NCBI RefSeq assembly: GCF_001194135.2 | Contig: NC_068984.1 | Location: 52,792,252 to 52,856,251, forward strand | Source of the DNA: Octopus bimaculoides | Lineage: Eukaryota | DNA: 64,000 nt | Direction: 5' to 3' | Part shown: positions 49,390 through 62,153 of the stretch, piece after piece | Layout of the letters: each line of letters starts with the position of its first letter | Position numbering within the stretch: the first letter of the stretch is position 1 | Program-made: the position numbers and the translations under genes | The notes under the pieces: model-generated | Seen by the model: the letters and a program-made list of their open reading frames with translations, nothing else | The model's database searches: none | Told to the model about the DNA's origin: nothing

Positions 49390-51705
49390 ATGCCTCATAA
49401 ACAATTTCAAGCAATTTTCCTCTTTGGAGGGTTTTTAGTATCTTTGTTGTGTATAACCTCTTGGATGGGTACAAGTATAGAGAACAAACTAACTGTGAAT
49501 AAAAAACATTACGATTCTGGTCATCATTTTGAAGATTTCAAGAGAAGTTTATTAATGAGTAATCCATCAAGTACTAAAAAGGATTTCCCTACTATTCAAC
49601 CATGTCATTTTTACAACATTTCTGATCGAAATGTTTGTTATGTTCAGATAAGATGTTACCAGAATGACAGTTGGAATTTCTGCCTAAATATATCTTGCCA
49701 TAATTGCAATCACCATTATTTAGAAAAGAAAGCTGCAGCATTTCAGTATAAGATATTGAAAGAACCTAAACTGAGGCAAGACAAGCTATGTCAACTTCTT
49801 GAAGATTATTATGTTTCCAAGAAATATAATTCCTCGGGACAAAGTATTATCCGCTGTATGGTATGCAATCAGCTGGACAGAAAACTGAAATCAACCAAAC
49901 AATTTAATTCTATTAGCTCCAAGACAAATTGTAAACCTGAAGAAAAAGAAAACAGAACTATATCAAATATACATTTGATATATTTTCGATTTTTCTCCCG
50001 TCAAGAATTTAAGAGTAAATTTCACCAAACTCATACCCAGTTAATGAAAATAAATAATGAAAATATTGCTCATGTCTATAATTTTGCTAAGCATCAAAGT
50101 ACAAGAGTTCAATATTCTGCAGGATTATATCAACTGCTCTGTGGTGAAACCTTTGATTTGAATATTAATGAAGAGTCCCTATGCTCACAGTCATTGGCTA
50201 AAACAGCTACTAAGTATGGTTATCAAACTTTCCTTTTTGACCATACATGTGAAGAATCAACTTCTGAGAAAATCAATTTTTTATTTACAAAATTTTATCA
50301 GGGTTTTGATTACAACACTAAAGGATCTTCACCTACGTTCTACAATGACCTGCCACCCAACCTACAAGAGAAAACTTGCCACAAAAGCAATTCTGATAAA
50401 AAAGTAGAAATCTCTGGAAGTGGTATTTTTGATTATCACCAAATTGTTAACAAAGAAAGCAATGGCAAATATATTCTGTTATCCATACTAAGAACATCTG
50501 ATGTAGCTAACTCTCAATTAAGAGTTATTGACTCTCAGTTAGCCAAAGTCATAGAAGATTTAAGTAAGCAAAAAGATTCTGTTATTATATTAACTGGTGA
50601 CATTGGCCATGGATGGAGTGTATCTGGCTGGAATAATTCAAAAATTACCCAGCTTTCAAATCCACCGCTGTACTTAGTGCTCTCAAAACAGTTTCAAAAG
50701 AAGTTGGGGAAAATTAGAGCAAAGAATGTTTTGAGAAATACACACAATCTGGTTACACTGAAAGATGTTCATTTTACTTTGCGTGACATAATGGCAATCA
50801 ATGATCCTAAATCATATTTAAAGGATAATAAAAGTTCCAAAGATTCTATCAAAAATGAAACCACTTTTGGTCTTTTCCAGTTTCTTAAGAAAGGAAGAAG
50901 CTGTGGATTTCTAGATGTCATGCAGCCACATATTTGTCTCACAGAGAATCAAGCAGTTACATTTGATAATGATAGTATCCAGGTTGGATTAGCAGAATTT
51001 GTATTAGGCGAAATGAATGAAAAGATTCAAGAAGAAATAGAAACTGAAGAAAATGAAACAGATTTATTTCTTCTTTCACCTTTTGGCAATTGCCAAAGAC
51101 TGAAGGGTCTTTCGTTTGGCAATATCAATAAATGGCGAGACAATGGAAAAGTAATGACTCAGATGGATATTCATGTCATTGGTAAAGACACAAAAGAACC
51201 CAATGTTCTCACTGTCTTATTATCAACTAATGATGACAGTAAGAATCCAAATATTCAAGTGTTATCTTACCATCGAAAAATACCTTCAAATGATGGTTTA
51301 CAAATTTGTTTTCGAAGCAAGCTTGATTATGACTTATGTCGATGTGTAGAAACTGTCAACCAAAGTTTATCAGCATGGAGGTCTGCATATTTAAGGATGG
51401 TGTTCAGCAAATCTTTTGGTGTTCCCTTGAAAGTGGCTAATATCCATAACCAATGCCTGTTACTTATAATGAGGGATTATACAAACAGTATTGTTTTTGA
51501 AGCAGTCAATATATGTGAAGGAAGAGAATACATTCTGGGATTTTATATTGATACTTACAATATGATATCATTAGTGCCACTTCCAATTAAGAAAACTGTC
51601 AAACCACTCCAAATTAGATTTCTTACTTCTATCATACAATCTTCCTACTTAAGACCAGGACGATTCACAAAATACCAAACTTATTTTAGCGTCAAAATGA
51701 GATAA
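49390..51705 (+). CDS. Single-coding-exon 771-aa type-II membrane protein, DUF229 (alkaline phosphatase/sulfatase-fold)-like, probably catalytically degenerate
   Basis: A 2.3-kb stop-free ORF in AT-rich DNA. N-terminal hydrophobic anchor (FQAIFLFGGFLVSLLCITSWMG). DUF229-like motifs: LIYFRFFSRQEF (cf. DS.SR), GYQTFLFD, VIILTGDIG (cf. SDHG), NLVTLKDVHFTLRDI (cf. RLT..D.H.TL) and RSC....PHIC. The family call is from motif recall, not a search. Confidence 0.8.
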   Translation: MPHKQFQAIFLFGGFLVSLLCITSWMGTSIENKLTVNKKHYDSGHHFEDFKRSLLMSNPSSTKKDFPTIQPCHFYNISDRNVCYVQIRCYQNDSWNFCLNISCHNCNHHYLEKKAAAFQYKILKEPKLRQDKLCQLLEDYYVSKKYNSSGQSIIRCMVCNQLDRKLKSTKQFNSISSKTNCKPEEKENRTISNIHLIYFRFFSRQEFKSKFHQTHTQLMKINNENIAHVYNFAKHQSTRVQYSAGLYQLLCGETFDLNINEESLCSQSLAKTATKYGYQTFLFDHTCEESTSEKINFLFTKFYQGFDYNTKGSSPTFYNDLPPNLQEKTCHKSNSDKKVEISGSGIFDYHQIVNKESNGKYILLSILRTSDVANSQLRVIDSQLAKVIEDLSKQKDSVIILTGDIGHGWSVSGWNNSKITQLSNPPLYLVLSKQFQKKLGKIRAKNVLRNTHNLVTLKDVHFTLRDIMAINDPKSYLKDNKSSKDSIKNETTFGLFQFLKKGRSCGFLDVMQPHICLTENQAVTFDNDSIQVGLAEFVLGEMNEKIQEEIETEENETDLFLLSPFGNCQRLKGLSFGNINKWRDNGKVMTQMDIHVIGKDTKEPNVLTVLLSTNDDSKNPNIQVLSYHRKIPSNDGLQICFRSKLDYDLCRCVETVNQSLSAWRSAYLRMVFSKSFGVPLKVANIHNQCLLLIMRDYTNSIVFEAVNICEGREYILGFYIDTYNMISLVPLPIKKTVKPLQIRFLTSIIQSSYLRPGRFTKYQTYFSVKMR

Positions 51706-54700
51706 GCTATAAAAGGGTTATTTCCCTCGGTTGATTTTCGGTTTATCAAGAATTGTATTGAAGTTTGGTATGAAATATATCTCTAGTTTTTTTGTTTGAA
51801 GAATAATAATGAATTTGCTTTGAGAATATTTAATTTTAAATAACTATATTTAAATGACTGCAGTTCTAGCTTACCACAAAGTAATCAGTATTTTCTGATT
51901 TTAATTTAATTATATTAAGTAGAGTTGTTATAATTATACAAATTCTCCAAATGTAAAATATGTGTGAGTATTGCAAATACAGATGTGAACCTTTAAATCA
52001 AAGCAGTATCTATCATAAACCTTCAACAGTGAAGACACTTTATTATATATTCACATCCTGTCAATATCATTTAACTTACAAGTTCTAATTATAACAATAG
52101 ATATAAGTAAAATTTCTCCAGTTAATGGAACAGTCATAGGTATAATATTTATAAATATTAGTATGTGAGTGTGTGTGTGCATGCTTACATGCACACCTGC
52201 ACATGAATATCTGGAATAAAAACAGCTGAAGATTATTATCAACAGCAATACTAGCTGTTCCAATTCTGTCATCTAATTTAGTAATGTATACAATGTTTGA
52301 GTGCTAAACAGACCATTAAATTATAAAAATTTAAACATTATTGAAGCCTACATACTTCAACAACAGTAAAAACTTTCTCATTCTTTCACTTTTATGGGAA
52401 CTGCTTTTGTATTCTGATCTACTACAGCCCAAACTCCTACTGTTACAGTCCATGAACAGCAGATATTCAAAGGTTGGTGGAAACACTCAGTGTTGTGTGT
52501 GTAGCTAGGAATGTCATATTAAGTGTCACCCAACAAAGGTTATACTTCATGTTCATTGACAAACAAGTCAGTAAAAATTTATGTGAAACCATAACCAAGT
52601 AGGTTATTCACACACAATGTTGAGTAACTGTTAAAGTTATACTTGACTGAAAACTATATTTAAAGCTGAGTGTCGGTTAAAAATACTCATACTTGATGGT
52701 GATAGCTAGGAGCATCATTCTCAATGTTCAATGAAAACTTAGAAATTCAAGTTTGATGCTGAATGGCACTAGAGACGAATTGTTATGATGAAACTTTTAA
52801 GATTGAAGTGACAAATGGTAAAGCACCAGGCTAAATTCCTAACTTTGCCTTTCATCTCTTTGTAATTGATAAAACAAATACCAGGAATGTGCTGATGAAG
52901 ATTCAATCCCCATTCTATTCTTCTATAATTTTGTAGCCTTGTGTCAATATAAAAACCTATAATAAACCTTATAATTATTTTGATATTATTGTTCAAGAGG
53001 ACTTTGTAGGAAAATGGGACTTTTAGTTCTTTGGTTAATTGAATCAGCAACTAGGTTTAATTAGTTGGGTTTTTTTGCCTCACCTTTTCACCTGAGATAT
53101 CATGCAAGAAAGTATTATCATCTTCATCATTATCTTACTGTTTACCAATAACTCCACTGAGTTGTTTAGCTTACACTAAAATTAAACAATGATTGTAAAC
53201 CAGCACATTAATGCATGTTTTGGCTACATGCAGTTGGAAAAATTCTTTTATAATCTATTTCTAGGATTGGATATGGGAATATTTTTCCAGTTAACAGTTT
53301 TATCTAGTTTCAGAGTTGCCAATGGCTCAACATATTGTACCTCTTCCTAATCTGAGATTTAATTATAATTATTATTGCTGGCTTTTACCCCATTGATCTT
53401 CCCAGGAAGTGGGCCTAAAAGATAGATGACACTGTAAACTTTGAAAAATGCTCATGAATTTTGTTGCGTATATGAAAATGTTATTTACTTCAAATCTGTT
53501 TACAGCTACTTTTGCATATTTGAATGATTCAGCCACATTTATTTAGCTATCAGACATGTTTGTTAATAATAACTAATGACAATGAGATTAAGACCTACTT
53601 TCATCAACTCAAGCTTCTAGAAAAGAAGAAAACAATCTATTCTTAGAATCCATTAAAAAATAATGACGATGATGATGGTTGTAATGATTTTTGTTTTAAC
53701 ATGATAATATTGATAATATTTATATAATAAATAATTTTACTTCATATGCAATGGAAATTAAGCTTTGTAGCAACCAGATTGTATATTAATTTCCTACATT
53801 TTGATATTTTCATGAGTTTGTATATTGGTGTGAATGTTAAAAATATGAAGTCTATTGAATTATTATAATATTTGCAAATGAGCAAGAGAATGCTTCAATA
53901 TTGTTTTCATCATGTTTTATTTGATGACAGTAAGAATTTGCTATTTATAGTATATTATGGTGATACCAGTGAAAAAGACAGTTAAACACACAACTAGCTC
54001 GTTTATAGTATCTTATTTTCAGTTCCTGCCTCCATCATCTGTTTGAATTAAAACCCTACTTTGCCTTTCATTCCTTCATTAAATCACTAACACTGAGTTA
54101 TCTGTTATGTATCTTTCTTAACAAAATCGATATAGAGCTTGACTAAAGAAATTACTACTAAAACCATATATATATATATATCCTTTGATAAGGTCTATGG
54201 ACGAGTGGAACTGGTTGGGATGTTAAAGTAAATCAATTTAATATATCTAAATGAAATGCTACACCTAAAATGATTACAACAATTTTTTTAATGTTATTTT
54301 GCATTTTCAGCCATTTTTGTTTGGGTTTGATTCCACTATATAGCATTTGCATACAAGTGTATTTTACTATATAACCTATTGGGTAGATGGAAATTGGGTA
54401 GATGGAAGCTATGTGTAAAAAACAACCTGATGTACTGTAATTGTAATATAACCTGAGTTATACATTAGAAGTACATATGTGTCTGTGAAATACTCAGCCA
54501 CTTGCATAATAATTCAAGTAAATCAGTTAATTAAACCATTGAATATCATCTCATTGCTGGAACTAATGGAAGTCCATTACTTTATACATAGAAGTACTAC
54601 AGAGTGCCTGAAATCTTTATGATGTCCAGTTATACAATTATATAACAAGTTTCATAAATTTGTATTTAAAAAAAAGATGCAACATATCAAAAAAGAAAAC

Positions 54701-55216
54701 AAAAAAATAAAGAGCACTGAATTTGTATGAAAATATTTTCATTTATTTTATGATGATCCTCCAATATAATTTTACACAAACTTAACTGTACATGACATAG
54801 CAGGAAATAACTGTTGTAAAAATAAAGACATTTTATTTATTCAATATTTTTTATTTTACATGAAAAATCTTGAAATAAAAATCCATTGTAAATATTTAAA
54901 ATTTTGTTCTTTAGTTTTTAATGTGTGTATCTGTGTGTATAATGTTTCAAATAATTACCGATAAATTTTCTAATCATGCTAAGATTTTCAGTGTTAAATA
55001 TCATAGAATACCAATCTAAGACAACGATAGAACTCCAATTAGTAAGAATGCATCTTTTTTTTTTGTTCCTAAGCGAGATCAGGCAACTAGCATAATAAAT
55101 GGGAGGTAACTCTGACTAAAACCTGTAAGCAATGGTTTGACTGCAACAAACAATATTGTATATATTTTTGAAGACCTAATTGAAAACTTTCTTTATTAAA
55201 TAGTGATTCTATATAT

Positions 55217-55249
<33 letters not shown>

Positions 55250-55336
55250 TGTAAAAGGTTGAAGAGGAACACACGAGTAGATATATATATGGAAAAAAGA
55301 AAAAGTAGAAAATGCTAAAATACTTTTATAAAGAAC

Positions 55337-55571
55337 ATTACAGTACCGGTTTCATAGCACTCCTTCTTCAAACCCACAAGAGTTAACAAGTGAAACAGAG
55401 ACAAGCAGAAACAAGAAAAATGCCCCTGTTATTTGAATACTATACAAGTATGTCTTTAAAAAGACTTTTCTTTTAAATTTACCAAAATTTAATTTTTAAA
55501 TAATTTTTCAAAAAGTTATTATTCATATTTACTGTTGAAAAGATCTCAAGGATCGAAACCGGTACTGTAAT
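55337..55571. repeat. Inverted pair of degenerate hammerhead-like motifs (Penelope pseudo-LTR relic)
   Basis: Perfect 17-bp inverted repeat ATTACAGTACCGGTTTC (55337-55353) / GAAACCGGTACTGTAAT (55555-55571). The plus copy has stem II GATC-TCAAG-GATC and core TTGAAAA; the minus copy has core TTGAAGA. Confidence 0.55.
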
Positions 55572-58205
55572 NNNNNNNNNNNNNNNNNNNNNNNNNNNNN
55601 NNNNNNNNNNNNNNNNNNNNNNNNNNNNNNNNNNNNNNNNNNNNNNNNNNNNNNNNNNNNNNNNNNNNNNNNNNNNNNNNNNNNNNNNNNNNNNNNNNNN
55701 NNNNNNNNNNNNNNNNNNNNTAGCAAAAAAATATTTCTAATAAAAATTATTTTCCCCAGAGTACAGCAGCTTGGAACTCTCTCATAGTCCAAGTTTTTCC
55801 AGGTAGTATATCATCACAGAATGCTTGATGAAAACACCTATGCTTAACATTATAATCCTTTGGAAAATATAGCAATAAAAATAAATATGTTGGTGTACAA
55901 GGCATTAAGACTTCTATCATCAGCACTAACAACTAACTGTATTCCACAATATTTAAGATTCATATGTATTATCTAGAATGTAAGAAGACCCCACCCCATA
56001 TTTTGGTAGAAGTAAAGGCTAAAAGGTCATCTTAAACACTTGTACAGTTGGTAATCTAGTGAAAATTATATATGGAATGGCAGGTATGTAATAATTTATT
56101 TCAACAATTTTTTGGTGTAAAGGGTTTTCATCAATAGAGTCAACATCAATATATTATTTAGAATCTGTTTTATCTACATCAGAAATTTATATAGCAAAAT
56201 TGACTCCTTCTAAGGATTAATCTATCTATTTATGTTATTATTCTTTCACTTGACAGACTTCCTTAACACAATTAGATTGCCATCTTCCTGTCAATAGGAG
56301 CCATTGCCTAATTGTTGCTTGACTTGCTAGAAATAGCAGCCAAATCACGCTTACATCACACTCTACTATCTTCAGAAAAGAAAAGACACCATGGTTGGTA
56401 GAACTATTAGTAGACGATAAAATCTATAAAGAGATGTACTGTGCTGAAATCTTTCCAACTTATGCCACGGAAAGAGAGATATGTAAAGTCTATAATGATA
56501 ATGATTGATACAACTGATTGATATAAGGTGGTAAACTGGCAGAATCATGAGTGCACTGGGAAAAGTGCTTAGTGGCATTTCATCCATCATTATGTTCCAA
56601 GTTGACTTTGCCTTTCCTCCTTTCAGGGTCAATAAAATAAGTACCAGTTGAATACTAGAGGTCAATGTAACTGACTTCACCACCCCCCAATCTTGCTGGC
56701 CTTGTGCTAAGATTTGAAAGTGATATAACTGATTGATGGAGAAAGTTCAATGAAGTTACTTTTTACAACTAAATATAAACACATAATTTTGCTGAAACTT
56801 TAAAGGACAGTCGTTTTGTAACTAGGTATATGACAGAAAGAATTGATTTTCATTGAAACATCTAAAAAGTGGACATTATATTGCACCAGTCCCAATCCAC
56901 AATCAATTTCTTTTTTCATTGAGTATATGGACACTACTTTTATTTCTAGATATTTTAGTCCACATAACTATCAACAATAGTTACATGATCTTCTAAGAAT
57001 GTTACCTGACGTATGTTCTAAGTTCAAAAGTCTGACTTTAGAAACTTTTATGTCATTAGGATTTAAAATATACTCTAAACACCAAGTGTGGGTAATTTTT
57101 TCAAAAAGTGGGCCACATGAAACATGGCTCAACATCAGATGGGCTGCACTACTAAAAAATATCAAGGTAACTTTTTTTTATTAGGCATACCAATCAGAAA
57201 GTTCCACAGTTTGCCAATGACTCTTCTAAATTTTGATTCATGACAATTTTCTTTATAGAATTTCAAGGTAAAATATGTCAATGGATGACTTTAAAAATGT
57301 TTGAGAATCATTATTTTCTAACTCTGCCAATGATGGTGCATTAGGTTAATACCTGAATTTTCTTTCCTTTGTCTGCCTGGCAATAAACAAATCATTTGAG
57401 TACTTAACCCTTTCTATGGTCGAAATCAGATATATCCACTCAAAATTTCATTATCCCTGATGGCAGTAAGCAGTTTTGTATACTAATCCATCTTTTGCTG
57501 AGGAATGTCAAGTTCAAAACTACTTTTTGTTAAGATATGTCAAGTTTATTGAGGCAACATGATGCATGAAATAGGTAATCTATTTTGTGGTAGATATTTA
57601 TCATTATTAATGGAATAACCGTGAAATTAAATTTCATATGTAAAGGTATAATTAACTAGAAATTGATGTGTAATTTATTGATCTACAAGCCAAGATCATC
57701 TGTGGCATAAGTGTGTATAACTAAACTGATATTCCTGTTTCGTAAATTATTTTCAATGCCTTTCATTGTACAAAAAGACAAAAGAACAAAAAATAACAGA
57801 GAGAGAATTAAAAGAAGAAAAGAAAATTATCAGAATGGCAAATCCAAAGGAAACAAGAGGTGGGAACAGGTTATCAAAATATGAATTTTGCACTATTGAT
57901 ACTCCAAGTTTATCCTAGAATGCACAGACATAGCCATGTTACACTGTATTTGCCAAATGTAATGTGCAGTTCATACATATGTACAATATGAAAACTGGAA
58001 AGATAATTACTATATAAAATCATCATTATCTTTATGAAGTGACTTATAACTTCAAACTAGTCATGCCCTGAGATATATAGATGAAATCTAAGAAATGATA
58101 AGTTTTTATCATGCAATGAGTTGGAAAACCAAATTTCATTTTTTATACCAATATCATAAATTCTCCAAAAATAAACATTGAAAATTTTCTTTGATTTTAA
58201 AAAGG

Positions 58206-58251
<46 letters not shown>

Positions 58252-58899
58252 AATTGCATTAAATACAGAAGCTGGTACATCTGAATGTTTTTATTTTTGC
58301 AAATGATTATACAACATAACTGGTTTATCTATGACTGACATGTTTCTGCTGCATAGAGAATTTGTAGCCATATTTGCAAACAGCTATTTTCAACTATGCT
58401 TCTTTATTCAAGGCCTGTCCACAAATGTGGTTCGGTTGGCTAACATATTTTGCTATGTTACTATGGTTTTAGGCAGACAAAAGAAAGTTGATATGGCTAT
58501 AAAAATTACTTCATGTTTAACCTTGTCCCAACCTTAGGTTTAAGGACAAAACTGAGTCCTAAACCCTAAAATAGGTCAAGGTGTATTTCTCAGTGTTTTG
58601 CACAATTAGGTACTAAATGAGATTAAATAAAAATAACTTGAATTCTCTCAGGTATAATTATATAATTATATATATATGTGGTATTTATGATGTTAATATG
58701 AAAATTTCTCTGTGCAATCAAGTTTACAATTATATGTGTTGCTAGGTTTTATATAAAAGATATTTTAATTTAATGAGAATACTGACTGCTACTTGAAAGT
58801 CAAATCAGATATTATCCTGACATTTATCCCATAAATTCAAGCACCTCCCATTTATGTGGCAGATACTGACTTATCCATTACTTGCATGGAAGTATTTCA

Positions 58900-59500
58900 A
58901 GGTCTTTTACAATTAAGCAACTGATGTTAAGATGTAAAAACCTGGAAAATTTCCTCTATGCACAAGTTTCATCTTTTTTCCTCCTGTTATATAAGGTGCA
59001 GGCCTGCTATTTTTTTCCCCATGCTATACTAAAGCTAGCATTCCTATCCTTAAGGTACCACTTGAACATGCTTAAGCTAGTGTTATGCATTCTAATGCTA
59101 TCCTTAAACAAATTTAAATGGTTTGCCAGTCTTGCCTTGAAGTTTCTCAAGCATGCACCAATATAGAAGTAGGAATTTCTTTCTGACATAATCTTACAAC
59201 GGTATACTAAGTTTTTCCTCATACCAGCAATTTAAGGGACAAATTTAATTTTTTCAACAATCACAAAGATTTTTTTCCCTACTAACTGTACATATGTTAG
59301 TGGGACTAGAACTAGACATCCTCCCAATTTCTGTATCTCTTGATCTACTATTGTTTATATTTTGGTTATAGTGTTGGGCTCCTATGCTGTTATGTTTAGG
59401 AATTGTTACACTAAGTCTTGTGAAAGTTGTCTCACTGCCACTACCCATCTCCATTCGTTTCCCTGTAATTGTGTTTAATTGTAGCATTCAGGATCCTTCT
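58900..59500 (-). mobile_element. Penelope-like element GIY-YIG endonuclease relic
   Basis: Minus-strand NLVYRCKI...YFYIGACLRNFKARLANH..LF......TSLS...W.LKD, preceded by a decayed C.C..K..CP linker. Stops are present. Confidence 0.65.
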
Positions 59501-59939
59501 TAGCTGGTTATTTATCTTTCAGGCTAAGTTCACGATTGTTAGCATTATAAGTACAGGCATCACTAATATTTCTAACAATTTTATTGCATGTTCTGGAATT
59601 CAGATAGCCTCCTAGTTTTGTACACAACTATAACTTGTGACAAGTTGCTTCTGCAGAATTATGTTGCATAATTACCAGGAAAAATTAAAATTAAAATAAA
59701 AAATATGCAAATGTACAAGTCTCATTATTTGTTGCAATTGTTTAGTATTTACACTCCCAAATTTATTCACCAATCCAGTGAAGTGGAACAGGAATTGCCC
59801 ATTGGCTAAATTACAGTTGGGTTGCCTACCCTGAGTAATTCTAGGTGCTCCTTACTACTCAATAGAGTTATCCTGAATCTGGACTATACCTGAGTGCACA
59901 TATAACACCCACCTGGATGATTTACCACTATATATTCAT

Positions 59940-59940
59940 C

Positions 59941-59991
<51 letters not shown>

Positions 59992-60269
59992 TAATATACA
60001 TACATATATAAATACATATACACATTTACATATATCTATACACACATATATATGCATATATGTATACATACATATATATATACACACACACACACACATA
60101 TATACATATATATATATATATACACACATATATATATATACATATATATACACATGCCTATATACACATACATATACACATATATATATATATATACACA
60201 TATATAAATATATACAAATATATATATATACACATATATGTGTATATACATGCATAGACACAGACACAG

Positions 60270-60307
<38 letters not shown>

Positions 60308-60335
60308 GTATATAATGTGTATATATACATACATG
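59940..60335. repeat. Compound (TA)n/(CA)n microsatellite (similar tracts at ~7960-8020, 27160-27330, 36895-37035; (CT)n at ~34400-34570)
   Basis: Read directly from the sequence. These tracts generate the spurious YI/CV-rich ORFs in the track. Confidence 0.95.
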
Positions 60336-60519
60336 CCAGCATGTGAGGTGGACGTTAAATGATGATGATAATGATATATAAATGTATATTATATATACAT
60401 ATATTCTTTTATGCATCCCAGCCCTTAGGCTGTGGCCATGCTGGAACGCCGCCAGTATATATATATATTTTATATAGTAGAATAAGAAATAGAAAGTCCT
60501 TGGTACAGTATTATATATT

Positions 60520-60653
60520 GGAAAAAAGGAATAGAAATGGCTTTTCTGATAATTTTTCCACTTTAATAATTAAATGTTTATTTGTAAACTTATAAATATC
60601 TAATAATTAAAGTGGAAAAATTATAAGAAAAGCCATTTCTATTCATTTTTTTC
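60520..60653. repeat. Long near-perfect inverted repeat (fold-back, ~53-bp arms)
   Basis: The left arm GGAAAAAAGGAATAGAAATGGCTTTTCTGATAATTTTTCCACTTTAATAATTA matches the reverse complement of 60601-60653 with about 4 mismatches. Confidence 0.85.
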
Positions 60654-61124
60654 AAATTTATATGTATACTTTCTTAGTTACATCATATGCAGTATGATGC
60701 TTCATCAGTTAGATTATATGTATGGCTGTTTACATTATATACAATAGTTGTACATTATTTGTAACCAGTTACACTATATGAAATAACTGAAATTCAAAAT
60801 CATTTTGTCTGTTACCATGAGAAGCCTTTCAATAGTGAAATCCATGAATAAATCAGAAAGATGAAGCTCCAGTATGTTTTCGCATTTGCTCTAAAGATAA
60901 CCAAAATGTCAGAGACCAAGGTGCCTGCAGAGAGAAAATTTTTTTTTTTAATTTGTAATAAAGTAAGTACCAGAACTTTAATATAAAGTTTATGGCAAAG
61001 GAAATGTCAATAATTAAAAAAAAGATGCTTTGTGTGGAACTGGTTAGAACCAAATACCATAGTTATTTGATAAATGCCTAAAAGTAAGACACTTTAAAAT
61101 TATTTTTGAAGCAACAATAGCTGA

Positions 61125-61492
61125 GGTGCAGACTTGGTCGCTTCCCAACTACCTGGTTTGGGGTTCAGTCCTACTACATGGCACCCTGGGCAAGTGTCTT
61201 CTTTTATAGACCCAGGCCAACCAAACCCTTGTGAGTAGATTTAGTAGGTGGAAACTGAAAGAAGCCTGTCACATACATATAGGTATGTCTATGTGTTTAT
61301 CTCGGCTTTTGTCCCCCATCATCACTTGATAATTGGTGTTGGTTTGTTTACATCAACTTAGCAGTTTGGAAAAGATACTGATAGAATAAGTATCAAGCTT
61401 AAAAATAAACATTAGGTCAATTTACTTGACTAAACACTCCAAGGTAATGCCCCAGCATGGTTACAGTCCAATGACTGAAACAAGTAAAAGAT
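61125..61492 (+). mobile_element. Degenerate near-full-length tRNA/CORE SINE
   Basis: GGTTCAGTCC B-box, CCCTGGGCAAGTGTCTT CORE-like segment and a tail ending CAAGTAAAAG. Confidence 0.75.
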
Positions 61493-62153
61493 GAATGAGA
61501 AAGCACCATCCAAATAATGCCAGCACTGACATAAATCCAATGATGACAAAGACTGCACAGTGAAGACGGACATTAATTTTAAAATAATATTAACGGAAAT
61601 TAATTGATATTCAAATTACATTATTCCTAAAAAAGAAAACACATGTAGTGTGGCTTCCTTTGTAGTTGCGACTATTATAAGAGAATGATGATAATTTCTT
61701 TGTAATCTTTTGTGGGATTAGAAATTTGAATTTGAAACTAAGTAACCATGAGAAAGCTGCATAGAATTCACATATTAAATTTTTTGCTTGTTTACTTATT
61801 ACAAAGTTCTTAAAATTTCTAGTCATGAATAGCACTATGTCATTCATTTTAGAAATTGTGAGCATGATATGACCTGTGACTTATTAATTAAACATTTTAT
61901 GAAGAGAAACATTTCATTAAAGATGGATATAATTACAGCTTGAAAGAAATTCATCAACTTTATGTGTGTGTGTGGGGGGGGGATGGGGATCATAGAACAT
62001 TAGTAGTTTAGGAATCAAGAAAAATGAGAATAAGTTCTTAGTTTTTACATATGGGATAATAACAGTTTACAAGGAATTCTACCTTATGAAAATGTCTTAT
62101 AGTAGCTCATAATTTCAGTTTTAGTAACAAACAACTTCACAAACTTTGTAATA

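Noticed and set aside
55747-56300. Minus-strand AFCDDIL, resembling an RT YxDD motif (similar vague LINE-like traces at ~19300-19800)
   Set aside because: Too degenerate to assign to a family by eye.
27138-60416. ORFs rich in Y/I/C/V/H/T (27138-27532, 33445-33931, 36657-37093, 59884-60416)
   Set aside because: These are translations of (TA)n/(CA)n microsatellites.
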